DNA of 62,817 bases, counting the filler, from Collodictyon triciliatum (taxonomy: Eukaryota): NCBI GenBank assembly GCA_043381765.1. It is 9 parts of 9 records of this genome, joined end to end, with 100 filler letters (N's around TTAATTAATTAA, not from the genome) between each part and the next. Parts side by side here need not be neighbours in the genome. Positions count along the whole stretch, not along the records: positions 1 to 7,601 come from JBHJMP010003822.1; positions 7,702 to 15,304 come from JBHJMP010003823.1; 7 more parts are not named here. One strand, written 5' to 3'. Shown here piece after piece: positions 1-13,700 of the stretch. Each line of letters begins with the position of its first letter. The stretch's first letter is position 1. The position numbers and the translations under genes were made by a program. Below the pieces are notes generated by a model. The model was not told the origin of the DNA and did no database searches. It was given only the letters and a program-made list of their open reading frames with translations.

Positions 1-97
<97 letters not shown>
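1..97. repeat. (TTA)n microsatellite
   Basis: Direct reading of the sequence. Confidence 0.95.
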
Positions 98-98
<1 letters not shown>

Positions 99-2540
99 CA
101 GCGAGACCAAGAAGTAGCACAAAAAAATTGTGAGTAAATCTATTGAATTATATATGAGAAAAAAACGGAAGGAAGAAAGAAAGAAAAACTGGAAGAAAAA
201 AAAGGGAAATATTTAACCATCCATAACTCGGAGTCTTCAATCGATTAGATATTCTAGCCACATCGGAATCATCTGATATAACATCATAAAATTGAAAAAT
301 CTTAGTTTACAGAGGATGATGAACCCAAACAAAATATTGTGGTTCAATTTGTGTAAAATATCTAAAAACCTCCGGATGGAGAAAAGTCTATCATTTGTAT
401 TTCAGATTCCTTGATGCAAGATGCAACAACAATCCTGAATTAAAAGCGGTTCATTGTAAAAAAAATAATTCATTTCATACGAAACATTTATCCACAAAAA
501 TCATAGACTTTGAAATTATACGGTTTTTTTTAAAAAAAATAATTATGTCTGCCTTGCATGTGTTGTGATATTTTGGTATTTTTTATGATAAAATATCAGA
601 TATTAAATTTTTTACATGGAATGGGGAACAGAAACTAGTTGTGCTATAGGTGAATCTAATGTGCATCCTGATATTATCTTAAGTCCTCTGTCATCGCTGA
701 CAAATTCCTGGAAGATTGAAAGTATGCCATTCAGATTTTTTATATGTCAATATATTTGTTTGATGTTGAACTCGTTAGCATTAAAAATTCGATATGCTGC
801 GGTTACAGTGAATTTAGATGCAACTGGTATAAAATAACTGCGCCCATGTGATTCAGTTGAAACCCAGATTCATATCATATATAATACATAAATATTCTGA
901 TATAATCAAGTAGAGTTGAAGAAAGCTCACCCCATCACCCGAGAGCTGCTTTATTGGCAACTTCATCAACTGGATATCATTATAGTGGCCGCGTGGGTAA
1001 TAGCTAGCAGCAGCAATATCTTATAGTTTTAGATGTATGAATTTATCAAAATCATTAGCTTTATGTATCGATTACTATGTATTGGAGCCCGTCAATTTCT
1101 TTACAGAAATAAAAGAAGAAGAAGAAATGCAGATTTGGTGTATGAAAGAAAAGAAAAAGAGGAGGGTTAACCCGAGAAACAATGTTATAATTATTGACGT
1201 AAAGCTATGAATTATCAAAATCCTCACATTCATATGCGCTTTCGCACCCACCAAGGAAACTATGCGCAAGTGCAAAGTCTGGCAACTCATACTCCTCATA
1301 AACTCTATACCTGTTTAAGTGCGAGCATATTAAACTAAACTGTCTGCCTCGAAACAAAGGAGAGAAAAGGAACAAAATGAAGCGACCCGAGAGGAAAACC
1401 AGCAACAATAACAAAAGAAAAAGGCATTATAATCAATAGCAGTACATCGAAAATACCTGAGCAACGAACGAAAGATCCAATCTTCTTCACCCTCATCGTT
1501 GCAAGTGCCTCCTTCTCCATCCATCGTTTATTGCTTTTGTTCGATTGGTACGCTCCCACCACGCAAAAAAAAAAAGGGAAAAAGGGAAAGAAAAAAAAGA
1601 CAAACGCAGTGCAAAGTAATCATAACAAATACGGAAAATATGATATAATTTGTAAATATATATTATCAAATACATCAAGACATAATCATAAAAATGAATG
1701 CATTATATAATTGAAATTAAATATCAATAATAAACACACCTAGCTGGATTCCATAATGACATCTTTGACATATGTGACGCACAAAGCCATCAACGGCTGA
1801 CGACGTCATTTGAGTAACCAATCGAAACCAACGCCCGAGGCAGACAAGTTTCGTGCGTATGAGGATGACGCAGCGGGCAGACACCCAACAAAACAAGCGC
1901 ATGAATCAACAGGGAAGGATGCACACACACAAGATGGAAAGTCAGATAAGCTGTTTGGATTCGCCAAAGCACACCAGCAACGCCACAAACACACAGAGTG
2001 GCCTGAGCGAACCACAACGTCATCTGCTTGGGCAAATCCCCATCATTCGTCATCACAATCATCACTGGCACACTTATAAGGCGGGCTGCCTCATGTCCGC
2101 CGAGAATCCCTGGCTTCCCTGCCGCACCTTTGCTTCCCACTAGCCACGATCGCTTCGCTCATCGTTTCTTGTCCAAATAAAAACAAAAACAAACAAACAA
2201 ACAAACAAACAAACAAACAAACAAACAAACAAACAAACAAACAAACAAACAAACAAACAAACAAACAAACAAACAAACNNNNNNNNNNNNNNNNNNNNNN
2301 NNNNNNNNNNNNNNNNNNNNNNNNNNNNNNNNNNNNNNNNNNNNNNNNNNNNNNNNNNNNNNNNNNNNNNNNNNNNNNNNNNNNNNNNNNNNNNNNNNNN
2401 NNNNNNNNNNNNNNNNNNNNNNNNNNNNNNNNNNNNNNNNNNNNNNNNNNNNNNNNNNNNNNNNNNNNNNNNNNNNNNNNNNNNNNNNNNNNNNNNNNNN
2501 NNNNNNNNNNNNNNNNNNNNNNNNNNNNNNNNNNNNNNNN

Positions 2541-2611
<71 letters not shown>

Positions 2612-2722
2612 AAAAAAAACAAAAAAAACAAAAAAAAAAAACAAAAAACACATGCGAACACGCTAACATCCAACAAACTTCCGATCCCAAGCGCCCCAGC
2701 TTCAACCTCAACCGCCTCTCGA

Positions 2723-4012
2723 ATGAGCAACCCGACGAAAGAAGCAGAGTGCCAGCAAAGCCCACAAACACCCGATCACACTCCCGATCAAACACCCGAC
2801 CACGAAAAGCGACAAAACCTGCTCAAACTGCAGTACTTGCAACTTCAGCAGCTCCAAGAACTCTGCCGCCTGCAGGACGAATACGAGACCATGCAGCAAG
2901 TCAAGAAGCAGTACATCGCCCAACTCCAAGACGATCCCATAAGCAGCAGCAATGAGACCAGCGAAGCCGAGAATGAATCCGAAGCTGACTCTAAATCCAA
3001 CTCCAACTCCAAGTCTAAGTCCAAGTCCAACTCTGACTCTGACTCTGTTTCAAAAAGCAGTTCATATAGCCAAAGCCAAAGACCAAGCGAGGCTGATTAC
3101 AACCAGTCACAAGCAAAGCCGCACTTGGATCAGCTCCACCGCCTGACCGAGTCGCTGCGCAAACGTGCCGAGGATGTGCAGCAGAGTGCCGAAGGAGTCT
3201 TGAAGCTAAAGGACGAGCTGGAGAAGGACATTGCCGTGCTTCAGCAAGAATGCCGCGTCCTGGAAAAGATCGCCCCGGCCGACGGAAGTGGGCTGCATCC
3301 AACAAGCCATGGGCATGATCAGAACCCGCCGAAGAGCAAAGAGAAACCGAGACAGCATCATCAGAGTCATCAGAATCATCAAGGCCATCAACATCAGGTG
3401 GATGGAGTCCAAGCTGGCAAAGAAGCAGGCGATCTGACGATACAGCTGCAAAGACACATGCAGGCGCAGATTGAAGACAGAGGCCGCAGTTTCGGGGCTG
3501 CGGCGATTTCTGCGGCGGATGAGGCGTTTCTGAGGCAGCAGGCGCGTGTGGTGGAATTGCAGCGTCGGCAGCAGGAGTTGAAGGAGGAGCTTCTCCAGAA
3601 GATGGTCGAGCAGCAGAAGCTGGAGCATGAGCGGAGGCGGCTGCAGTTGGAGATGGCTGAAGAAGGCGATGATGATGGGAGCGATTACGGTAGTGATGAC
3701 GGCGATGATTTGGTGATTGCACACGAGTCTTTATCGGGGGATGGGAAAGGACGTAGGTCAAGCAGGCAGGAGCATGTGAATGGTGTTGGTGAATTTGATG
3801 ATGATGGAAGTGATGATGATGATTACGATGATGACGAGGACTTCGATGAAGATGAAGAGATTGCGTTTCGTGCTCGTAGAGATGCTCTTCTACTACAGCT
3901 GGACTCTTTGAATAGAAAGTTTGCCTTTCTAATGAAGGACGCAGAGTCCTTGCGCGACCAAGAGTCCTTTATGTCTTTTCCTATTCCTCTATCTCGCTCA
4001 TCCGGTGAGTAG
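2723..4012 (+). CDS. Coiled-coil, Q/S/D/E-rich hypothetical protein (probably one large exon of a longer gene)
   Basis: 429-codon GC-rich ORF with heptad-like L/Q/E segments and acidic tracts. A GTGAGT donor lies just before the stop and a CTGCAG acceptor ends at 4140, suggesting the gene continues. No family recognised. Confidence 0.6.
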   Translation: MSNPTKEAECQQSPQTPDHTPDQTPDHEKRQNLLKLQYLQLQQLQELCRLQDEYETMQQVKKQYIAQLQDDPISSSNETSEAENESEADSKSNSNSKSKSKSNSDSDSVSKSSSYSQSQRPSEADYNQSQAKPHLDQLHRLTESLRKRAEDVQQSAEGVLKLKDELEKDIAVLQQECRVLEKIAPADGSGLHPTSHGHDQNPPKSKEKPRQHHQSHQNHQGHQHQVDGVQAGKEAGDLTIQLQRHMQAQIEDRGRSFGAAAISAADEAFLRQQARVVELQRRQQELKEELLQKMVEQQKLEHERRRLQLEMAEEGDDDGSDYGSDDGDDLVIAHESLSGDGKGRRSSRQEHVNGVGEFDDDGSDDDDYDDDEDFDEDEEIAFRARRDALLLQLDSLNRKFAFLMKDAESLRDQESFMSFPIPLSRSSGE

Positions 4013-4988
4013 ACTCACCATGTCTTCTGCGTTTGCTTTCATTCACTCACCTTTCGTATTGCCTCGTTCTGTTTGCTCTTGCAGTTCTTTTTTTATTTTA
4101 TTTTCCTTTACCACTCTTTTCCCTTTTTTTTCTCCTGCAGAGTGAAAAAGAAGTAGCAAAACGTATCGAACATCGTTTCTGTCTCTTGCATTGCACCTGC
4201 ATTACCACTCATTACTATTATCGAAAGTCTTCCTCAGTTTCCTTTCTCTCTTCCTTTCTTTGCTTCCCACCTATTCTTATGATTGTTTGTTTGTTTGTTT
4301 GTGTGGGAACACTTATCTTTCTTTCCTTCTATCCTTACCTCCTTACCTTTGCTACAAAAAATCAACCTTTCAACACACATATCTTCTGCCATGATTTGCC
4401 TCACTGTACTCATAGAAGAAGGATCCAAAAACANNNNNNNNNNNNNNNNNNNNNNNNNNNNNNNNNNNNNNNNNNNNNNNNNNNNNNNNNNNNNNNNNNN
4501 NNNNNNNNNNNNNNNNNNNNNNNNNNNNNNNNNNNNNNNNNNNNNNNNNNNNNNNNNNNNNNNNNNNNNNNNNNNNNNNNNNNNNNNNNNNNNNNNNNNN
4601 NNNNNNNNNNNNNNNNNNNNNNNNNNNNNNNNNNNNNNNNNNNNNNNNNNNNNNNNNNNNNNNNNNNNNNNNNNNNNNNNNNNNNNNNNNNNNNNNNNNN
4701 NNNNNNNNNNNNNNNNNNNNNNNNNNNNNNNNNNNNNNNNNNNNNNNNNNNNNNNNNNNNNNNNNNNNNNNNNNNNNNNNNNNNNNNNNNNNNNNNNNNN
4801 NNNNNNNNNNNNNNNNNNNNNNNNNNNNNNNNNNNNNNNNNNNNNNNNNNNNNNNNNNNNNNNNNNNNNNNNNNNNNNNNNNNNNNNNNNNNNNNNNNNN
4901 NNNNNNNNNNNNNNNNNNNNNNNNNNNNNNACAAAAAACAAAGCAAAACAAAACAAACAACAGAAGAGTCCTCCGCACACCCCAAAAC

Positions 4989-5830
4989 ATGGCCGCCAGC
5001 GGAAGCGAAAGCTTGAACGGGACTGCATTCATCCTTGCCGACCGCGCACCCGCTCTTGCGCACTACCCACACATGCGCCGCGCAGGCGACCTCCTTTACG
5101 TCTCTGGAATCAGCTCACGCCGCCTGGACAACACATACGCTGGAGTCTGTAACTCATTAAAAAAAAAAAAGAGGAAAAGGAAAAGGAAAAGATAAAAGGG
5201 TTCGGTGAAGTAGCAGCCACCCCAAATGACTAACATACGTGTGACTTCCCTCCTTTTTTTCTACTTCTTTTGAACTTTGTGTTTTTTTTATGTGCATAGT
5301 TCTCATGCGGAGCAATGGATGAATCGCAAAAGATTCATGTGCCCCTAATCGCTTGACTCGTTCGACTGAATATATACGTGCCATCTTTATAAAGGTAGTT
5401 GAGCTTGCAGACGGGTCATTCCAGATGGACATCCGTGAGCAGACAAAGGCCGTTCTGGAGAACATCAACGTTATTCTGAATGCTGCCGGAGCCTCGCTCA
5501 AGAATGTTGTGGACTTGACGGTCTTTCTTGTCAACATGGATGACTATAAAGTATGTCACGCGCCATAAGAAATATCTTATTATTGCTGTTTGCTTTTGCC
5601 TAATGAATTTCTCTTATGATTATTTAATACTTGTAAGTGGATATTTATATATACCTTTGGAGAGGAAACAATAACTAAATCTCTGGATGGATGAAAAGGC
5701 CTTCAATGAAGTCTACAACACCTTCTTTGAGGCGGAGACTGGGCCTGCGAGAACCACAGTGGGTGTTCGCCAGTTACCCAGCCCGAAACTGCTGATTGAG
5801 ATTAAGGCAGTTGCGCTAGCTCCGAAATAA
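4989..5830 (+). CDS. Rid/YjgF/YER057c/UK114 family protein, 2-aminomuconate deaminase-like; exons 4989-5144, 5395-5550, 5699-5830 (147 aa)
   Basis: Spliced translation gives [22 protein letters not shown]...[51 protein letters not shown]...[22 protein letters not shown]. Both introns are GT-AG and phase 0. Confidence 0.92.
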
Positions 5831-6125
5831 AGTCACTTGACGCACTTATCCTTGTTATTAATTACTGGCTATATTATGTTTTATTTATTTTTGTAAAAGT
5901 ATTTGTATTATATGTAAAGTAGCATTTTTTTTCGCTCTGCTTTTTTTTTTATTGTGTTATTAAAATAACCGTGGAAACAAAATTGGGCTCTATTCTTCTT
6001 AAATAAATCTTGTCATGATTTTGGTTTTTGTTTGTTTACTATCTGCGTGATAATCCCTTAAAATGTGTGGTTTCAGAGAGATAAAAAAACGGATGAAAAA
6101 AAAATAACAATAGGAAAAGCCTAGC

Positions 6126-7200
6126 TCACTTAAGACTTGAATATTTAACAGAGGAAGTCATGAGCGGGTCAAAGAATTTCATATCGATTTTGGTGAAGCA
6201 ACTTAAACATGAATACATTGAATCCTCTTTCCATATAACAGACTCATCCGTTTTGCAATTCGGACACTCGGGTCGTTCAGATACTACATGATATGAAAAC
6301 CCTGGGTTAGTTTTTTTATTTTGAAAAATTAATTGTAAAGCATTTTATCCAACAACAGTAAAATCTATCCCAGCATATAATAAAAATTGACTCATTTGTA
6401 CATGTAATAAGGCCTTTTATAAATATTACCCAGTAGAAATTATACTTTACCCAAAATCTATAAACATGTCATGATAAATTATTGCTAGCATAAATCATAT
6501 TATTTACGATCGGGTGGAGTTGCAGCTGATGACAGAGACGTGGGCAGCCCCGAATGTTCATTCGACTTTGAACGAGTTCTTTGCTCTGTAGTCTGGTTGA
6601 ATGTCTGTCTTCGCGAGCTTGCACTCCCATCAGATTCATTGTCGCGGTTTTTTTTTAAAAGGGAGGTTTTTCTATGCTGAAATAATGGAGACGAGGCCGA
6701 TACAGGCCCGGATGCACTAGAGCTTGTAGGAGAGGCGATTGCAGGGTGTGTGGCTGTGATGGCTATGAACAATTGAAAGCAATAAAAAAAAATTCGTTTT
6801 TGAACATATTTTTACATGCAGTTAATTTTATAATTCTTTTTTACAAGTGTTATTAAGAAATCACGTTTCAGATAAACCCGAGCGTTTTGATTGTGAAAGT
6901 AGCTGGAGAAGCAAGAATATGGCATGTCCGTGTTGGAAAGTGGTATTTCTGGTGAGGGGAAGGAATGAAATAATAAGTTTGGAAATAGCAATAAAATGGA
7001 AGTGAAGGTATTGTTGGGGAGTGATTTATCATAAATAATGCATGTCTAATTATTTTATTCGGCAGATAAATCGATAAATTAATAATAAAAAAAAGTCGTT
7101 CACTTAGGCCCTACCTTTCTTGTTACCTACAATATAAAGCTGCACTTGCCAGGAACTTATTGCTCGAACTGTATTTTTGGACAATATATTGCAAATGGAT
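6126..7200 (-). CDS. 3' part of an unidentified multi-exon gene ending in a CxxC...CxxC zinc ribbon
   Basis: Putative last exon reads ...ERPECPNCKTDESVIWKEDSMYSCLSCFTKID...; upstream exon-like ORFs at 6500-6770 and 7125-7200. Boundaries approximate. Confidence 0.35.
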
Positions 7201-7393
7201 TCTACGAAATCCTTTTTTTTGGAGGCAGTGTTGTAAAATGTGAAAAAAGGAGTAGAGATGAAGTGTTAAGAACAAAAGAACCAGGGAAACAAGCACCAAA
7301 CTCAGAATAGTTGTTGTTTTCATATAATATATGCACATGTTGAATGGCTTGCGAACCGAAACCAAAACCAAAACCTCCTGTCTTGTGAAAATT

Positions 7394-7565
<172 letters not shown>

Positions 7566-7601
7566 GAAAATCAACATTTTAGTACGAATTGAATCAATAG
7601 A

Positions 7602-7701
7602 NNNNNNNNNNNNNNNNNNNNNNNNNNNNNNNNNNNNNNNNNNNNTTAATTAATTAANNNNNNNNNNNNNNNNNNNNNNNNNNNNNNNNNNNNNNNNNNN
7701 N
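7602..7701. other. Artificial contig linker 44N-TTAATTAATTAA-44N
   Basis: Six-frame stop spacer inside N runs; the identical structure recurs about every 7.7 kb. Confidence 0.97.
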
Positions 7702-10700
7702 TTAGCATAGGGGATCTTTCAAGGATGTATACGAAACTCACACGGTCACGAGGAAGAACCGACTATTCGAATAGGTTAGAATAGCCGAGAGTCGAAGCAA
7801 AAAATGAGAACAAAAAACAAAAAACAAAAAACAAAAAACAAAAAACAAAAAACAAAAAACAAAAAACAAAAAACAAAAAACAAAAAACAAAAAACAAAAA
7901 ACAAAAATGAAATGTAATGTAATAAAATCACGTAGTATACCATTTCAGTGAAAGTGTTTATGTCATTGACATTTTGGAATAAGCCTGAAATTTGCTTGGG
8001 GAGAATATACGAGTGTGATTCAATCTTGATTGGAACTGGGAGTCTTGATGTGAGGACAAACCGAATGAAGGTTCTAGATATTAGTTTATTGTGAGAATTC
8101 ATTAAGTATATTTACAGGCTTCCTATAAGATTTTCCAAATCTAAACGCTGTTTTGAATGTAACAAAGAGAAAACGTACAAAGGGGGTTTGTAGTCAACAA
8201 ATGTTAGCACATCAAATGGTGCACGGAAATATATACTCGCATTTTCTACTAGAGTAAATATGTCTTCGCTTTGATTCGAGTAAGAGAATTCAATTCCAAA
8301 CTAAAGTCATAACAAAACAGGGTCAATAAGAACGAAGAAAGTAACACCGAATATGTAATATTAAATAGACATTAGCATACATGATGCTCTTTGTCAACAT
8401 CCTCTTTGCAACATACAGGCAGCTGCAACTCAATTTTAGTATTATTTGAACATTGAGATATTTTCATTTCGGATTGGCCCAAGTTTTTCAATGAGCGATT
8501 AATTTCACCTATTTTTGAATGAACCCACATCGCCAAAACAATCAAAATAAAAAACCAATTAAAAATTAAAAATACCACTCATAGTTTCTTTTAGATATAT
8601 TCATCATTACCAATATGTTCGATATTCAAATGTCAAATGTGCTGGTGGTTCGAATTAGAAACCTGTAGTCTTTTCAAACGACACCGATATGATTGGACCC
8701 GACGTGCTTCCTGAAGACCCGAAAGAGCCACCACCAGAGCTACTACAGGCGGTGTTGGTCACTTCCACACTAGCCGGTGGAGATGAGTCGTTCACAACAA
8801 TAGCAGAGTCATAAAGAAAGCTATCTGCGTATGAATCGGAAGGATCAACCACGGAGCTATTCTCCGATTGATGATCTAAAACGTCGACCATGCGATGGTA
8901 ATTCATCATATTCTCTTGCTCAGGGCTGATACTATTTGAAAGATCAATCTCGTAATGCGCCCCTTCACTATTGTTCTCTGTTTCTTGTTCGGCATCTTTC
9001 AGATTTTCTTCAAGAACGGCAGCAACTTGTTCGTCACAGTCTCCATCTTTTGGGTCTTCTTCAACACCCTCAACTAGTTTGATTTGCTCCTCGTTTGCGG
9101 CAGCGGATTCCTCAAGGGGGATTTCTGACGTCCTTTCCAGATCGATGCTATCGAGTAAACCTTGGTCAGAGCCTAAAATCAGTTCCTTATGTTCGGGCAA
9201 AATTGAGGCCACAGCCATATCGTTGTCATGAAACTCTTTTGTGTCGGTGGGCAGGTCATCACCCATCGTTGTATTCGAGTCATTGGATGTATTGTGTTCT
9301 GAGGTAAGCTGAACAGTGGAGATGTTTGAGACTGCTAGTGTTTCTTTTTCAGCCTCCATTGTTATTACATTGGAACCTTGTTCATTCTCCATCTCATCAT
9401 CGGAATCATTCTATTAAGGATACAAAGATATCAGGATACTTATAACTACTTATTTTCTCCTTTTTTTTTTAATTTGGATAAATACGTGTGTTCAATATCC
9501 TTCACGCCTCCACTTTCTCTTATTCTGAGGTAAAAAAATAATGCAAAAATAGTTTAACGAAATAGCAAACCATTATATTTGATTCGGCTAACTCATCATC
9601 GGGTTCCATCGATTTGAAACTTGATGAATACTTTCTGCTTTTGGGCACCAATTGCAAATCTTGTGGTCCACCTGATAGTGAATATTTCCATTTGGATTGT
9701 CAAGCAAAAGAGAAAAAAAATCATTTTAGATGAATTTAAATGAAGAAAATAAAAATTATGTAAACCGTGTGAAAAAACAAAAGCCAAATCATCCAATTTC
9801 TTGAATATATATTTTAGAAAAAATGAACGAGGTTTAAATTTTTTATTTTCATTTATTCAAGTTCAGAAAAACACATATTATTTAAGTGACTAACTAAAAG
9901 TGTTGTTCGTTACGTGGTTAAGATACTTTTATTTTATTTTGAAAACATATAAAAACCTGATCCGATTCCAAGGCATGTGTGAGAAAAAAAATTGAGAGTA
10001 ATGCCGCGAAGGTGGTCTTGATTTGTCATGATTACTACTTTGATGAATTCTTGTTGTCCAAGAATCAAGCCATCTTTGATGTTCAAAATTATCAAAATCA
10101 GAAGCTGGCGACGAGCTTATGTAATTTTACAAGTGTTCTTTCACTCAATATGTAAAGATGATTGCCTGGTCTGAATATTTTGAGTGAAGTAGTAGTTGGT
10201 GCTGGCATTATTTTGATGGTCATGTTTGCTTGGTCACTGGTGGTAAAGTTGTGGGTTAATATGACTTTCCCCTTCTGGAGCCAAATCCTTTCTGGATGGT
10301 AAGAACCTTGTGCTGGAAACTACGCAAGAATATTTCATGAAAGGGAAATCTTTTCACGAAGCATGATTATTTACAATTTTTTTGGTATATAAAAAGCAAT
10401 ATTTAAACAGAAAATTGGGCAGCACCTTTCCAGTGAACGAAATATTTGTAACATTACTAGACTTGGCAGTAACATTTTTTGTTACGAAAAGAATAGTTTT
10501 CCTCTTTTTGGAGCCACTCGCAGGCTTGTTTCCTTGTACGATATATCTTAGACATGCTCTGTCGAACAAAAAGTTCTAAAACATAAGATTATCATGATTT
10601 AAATTATCGGAAAATGGCTTAAATAGCACGCATTCATGAGAGTGGCGAAAGACTGTATGGTTTAATTCTGACTCTATCACACAACATTGTTATAAAATGT

Positions 10701-13700
10701 GATTGTTTTTTTCTTCTTTGAATCGAAGAAATGGAAAAAATGATATTGTTATGATTTAGGAACAAACTGAAAATAAAATAAAATAAAGATTATCATATCT
10801 TCATGATTAACAGACTTCTGGTAATGAGCTTTTTAGCTTGCACTCGAAGCAAACATCTTCACCCATAGGAAACTCTCTTCCTTTTGGAGACCGACAGGTG
10901 ATAGAAAAGATAGGATTCATCGATCTGGCAACAACTGAGAGAACAAGTTTGATATGTGAGAAAATGTTATAGAAAGTATTCCTTGTGCGATGAAGACTGT
11001 ACCATGAGTAAGTACGGTGGATCCCATAGTTGCGAGTTCCTGCATGTAATATCTCTTTTTCTCTTTGACGCAGGGAACCTCTGCTGATAGCAATTCGAGG
11101 CATGAAGAGGTATACCTTTACAACAAGTATACATTAGAAGTTGACCGAAAAAAAAGCACCTTTTTATGCTTATGTTGATCAAATTCCAACAAAATCAAAA
11201 CATATTTACACAAAATGTCATAAGCGAATCAAAAAATAATTAAAATTCGAACTCGGCTATGTGTCCCAGTTCTTTCTGGCATGAAGCTAGTTTATCTCGG
11301 GCATAATAGATTAAGTCATCCCAGTTTCCAGAAAAATAGTAGCCACACATGGATTTCAGCTTGGACTCTGCATTGACGAAGTCTTTCAAATTCCTACAAG
11401 TATTTACGCGGAATTGTTTTAGATACGGCACTGACTGTGATGATAAGATTCCTTATGATCTCTATTTCAGACGCATATCACATGACCTAATAATAGCACC
11501 TGTGTCTATCGAATATCTCTAGGTAACTTGATGCGGTTTTTCTTTCTTTAATACACAATTTTAATTTTATATATATTCGGTTAAAAAATATTACATTTGA
11601 CTGACAGCCACTTCGAACAGTAGACGAGCAGAGGTTCTGTAGCGCCCAGCCATTTGAAAATAGTTGTGAGAGCTCTGGGTGGCATCCTATTTTATACTAA
11701 AATTATTTACATTCGAAAGAAAAAAAAAACACCCAGATATTTTTAACATCGACACTTTCAATATGCATGATTTATATAATCCAATAATCATCTTATGTGA
11801 GCGTTTGATTGAACTTAAATTGATCACCAATAGTATCACATATGGTATTTCTTAAGGGAAGTTTTCAAAATACATGGTATATTGAGAAGTAATCTCTATC
11901 GGAGGACAAAGCCTTCAATATAGCTTCATTACTAATCTTGTATGCTCCTAAATCTTCCCAAGAGGTTTTACGAATATTAATTAATATATAAAAGAAACTG
12001 ATATTATTCCGTAATATACATATTATATTTATGAATAAGTTCAAAACGTGAACCTGGACTGTTACTCATCAGTTTGTGAACCTTGCTCAGCTTTTTATGA
12101 AGAAAATTTTAGTCATGGATTTTCTTTATTTTATGTGTTTCTACATCATAAAATTTTGTGTTAATACACTATAATTATGAAAACCTTTGTTTTAGCGTCT
12201 TGGTATAACGTTCCCATGGCGATTTGGAGTTCGGTTTTTGTGGGAGAAGGCATGTCAATAACAGATTCCGCCAGTTTAGCTAGTTCAACGCAAAAATGGT
12301 AACCCCAAGAGCAGAAAAACGTCTTCGTCACGTCATCCTAGATAAGTAATACATTTTTCGTTATACAGTATCTAACAAAGAATTAAGGATGTGATAGAAC
12401 TAGAATATTTCTAACCTCAAACCCAAGCATATCCGTGTTAATATTTCTCCAGAATTTCAAGCCCAGCAACAAGAGATCAGATTGTTTTCCCAAGCTATTC
12501 AACAACTACAATTGAAAGCTTTAGAGACACGAAGAATCAATCATAAGATTGAAGATTACACTATGATAATATTAGAACCTAGTTCTTCCTTCTAATGGAA
12601 ATTCTCACCCAGGCCTTTTGTGCAAACAAATACCGCAGAAAGTCGAATTTTGTGATTTGACTGCTGATGATTCTGGAGCGAAAATCTTTCTTATCATTTT
12701 TTATTATAGGAATATTATCGTCCCCGATCTCTGGGGTACAAATGTTATCAAAGAGCTTTCCTCTTTGGCCTACATAAAATTTTGTATAATTACTTTTTAA
12801 TCATAATATAAAGTGAGGCAAATCAATTGCGTTCAATTCAACTGAAGAGCTTGGTGTGGTTTCGTATTATTGTTTTTTTTTTTCTATTCGAATTAATGGT
12901 ACTTATGTTGTCGTAAATTTGCTGGAGTTCATTATACTCTCTTAAAGCTTCATCAAATAATGTGAATTGTTCAAAAATGAACGCAAGTCCTTCCTAAATC
13001 GCATAGAAATATTAAAATATTTGATTTATACTCTCCAATTTTCATAATTGAAATTCGAACTAAATCGAGGGGGAAACGACAGGAGAGTTTACCAGAGGAG
13101 GGAAAAAAAAAGGAGGAGAAATATAGTTATTACTCGAGCACATTACCTTAGTGGCAAAGAAAGTAAAGTAATTCCACCCTTAGTAAATAAATCAACAATT
13201 TAGGTCTCTGACATAGTTGAAGAAAACATTTATCACCAACACTATAAAATCAAGATAGGTAAATACCAAAGATATATATTTACAATGCCCCTGGAAAAAA
13301 GAGAATTGTTCCATTCTATTCTCTAATACCCGCGTAAGCACGATTCATTTCTAGCTTTCGAATTTCTTCCTCATACTGCAATCTACGTTGCTCAAATGCC
13401 AGTGCCAAGCACTCTTGCATGGGACCAATGACCTCTTCGTATCTTTCGGTAATTGGACGGTCATCATTGAGCTTCAAGTAACAGACGCGGTTAAAGCTTG
13501 TTAGAAATGGTAAAGTTAGTCGGATAATCGCATTTCGGTTGAAATAATAATAAATAAAAAGGACATATTAAAGTAGATACGCTCATAGCTGAACAAACAT
13601 GGAATATCGTATTTGTGGCTTTCTTTCATGCGTGCGAATATTATCACGTAGTGCTCACATGGGATATTAAAAATAAACAGAGAACTCACTTTCCTAATTT

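Noticed and set aside
100-1560. Possible minus-strand multi-exon gene
   Set aside because: Exon-like patches exist, but I could not build a consistent model or recognise a family.
2091-5152. Long ORFs running through N gaps and poly-F/K/I/N/Y ORFs
   Set aside because: Artefacts of gaps and simple repeats.
7646-7657. TTAATTAATTAA as a biological motif
   Set aside because: Always centred in N runs; it is an assembly spacer.
8600-8662. Apparent in-frame TAA suggesting stop-codon reassignment in TRAPPC10
   Set aside because: A phase-1 GT donor at 8662 splices in frame to the next exon, and TAA terminates other genes here (5830, 33740, 45666).
9411-9440. U12-type signals (GTATCCT, TCCTTAA) on the minus strand
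   Set aside because: They sit at the extreme 3' end of an ordinary intron, not at a donor, and too close to the AG for a U12 branch point.
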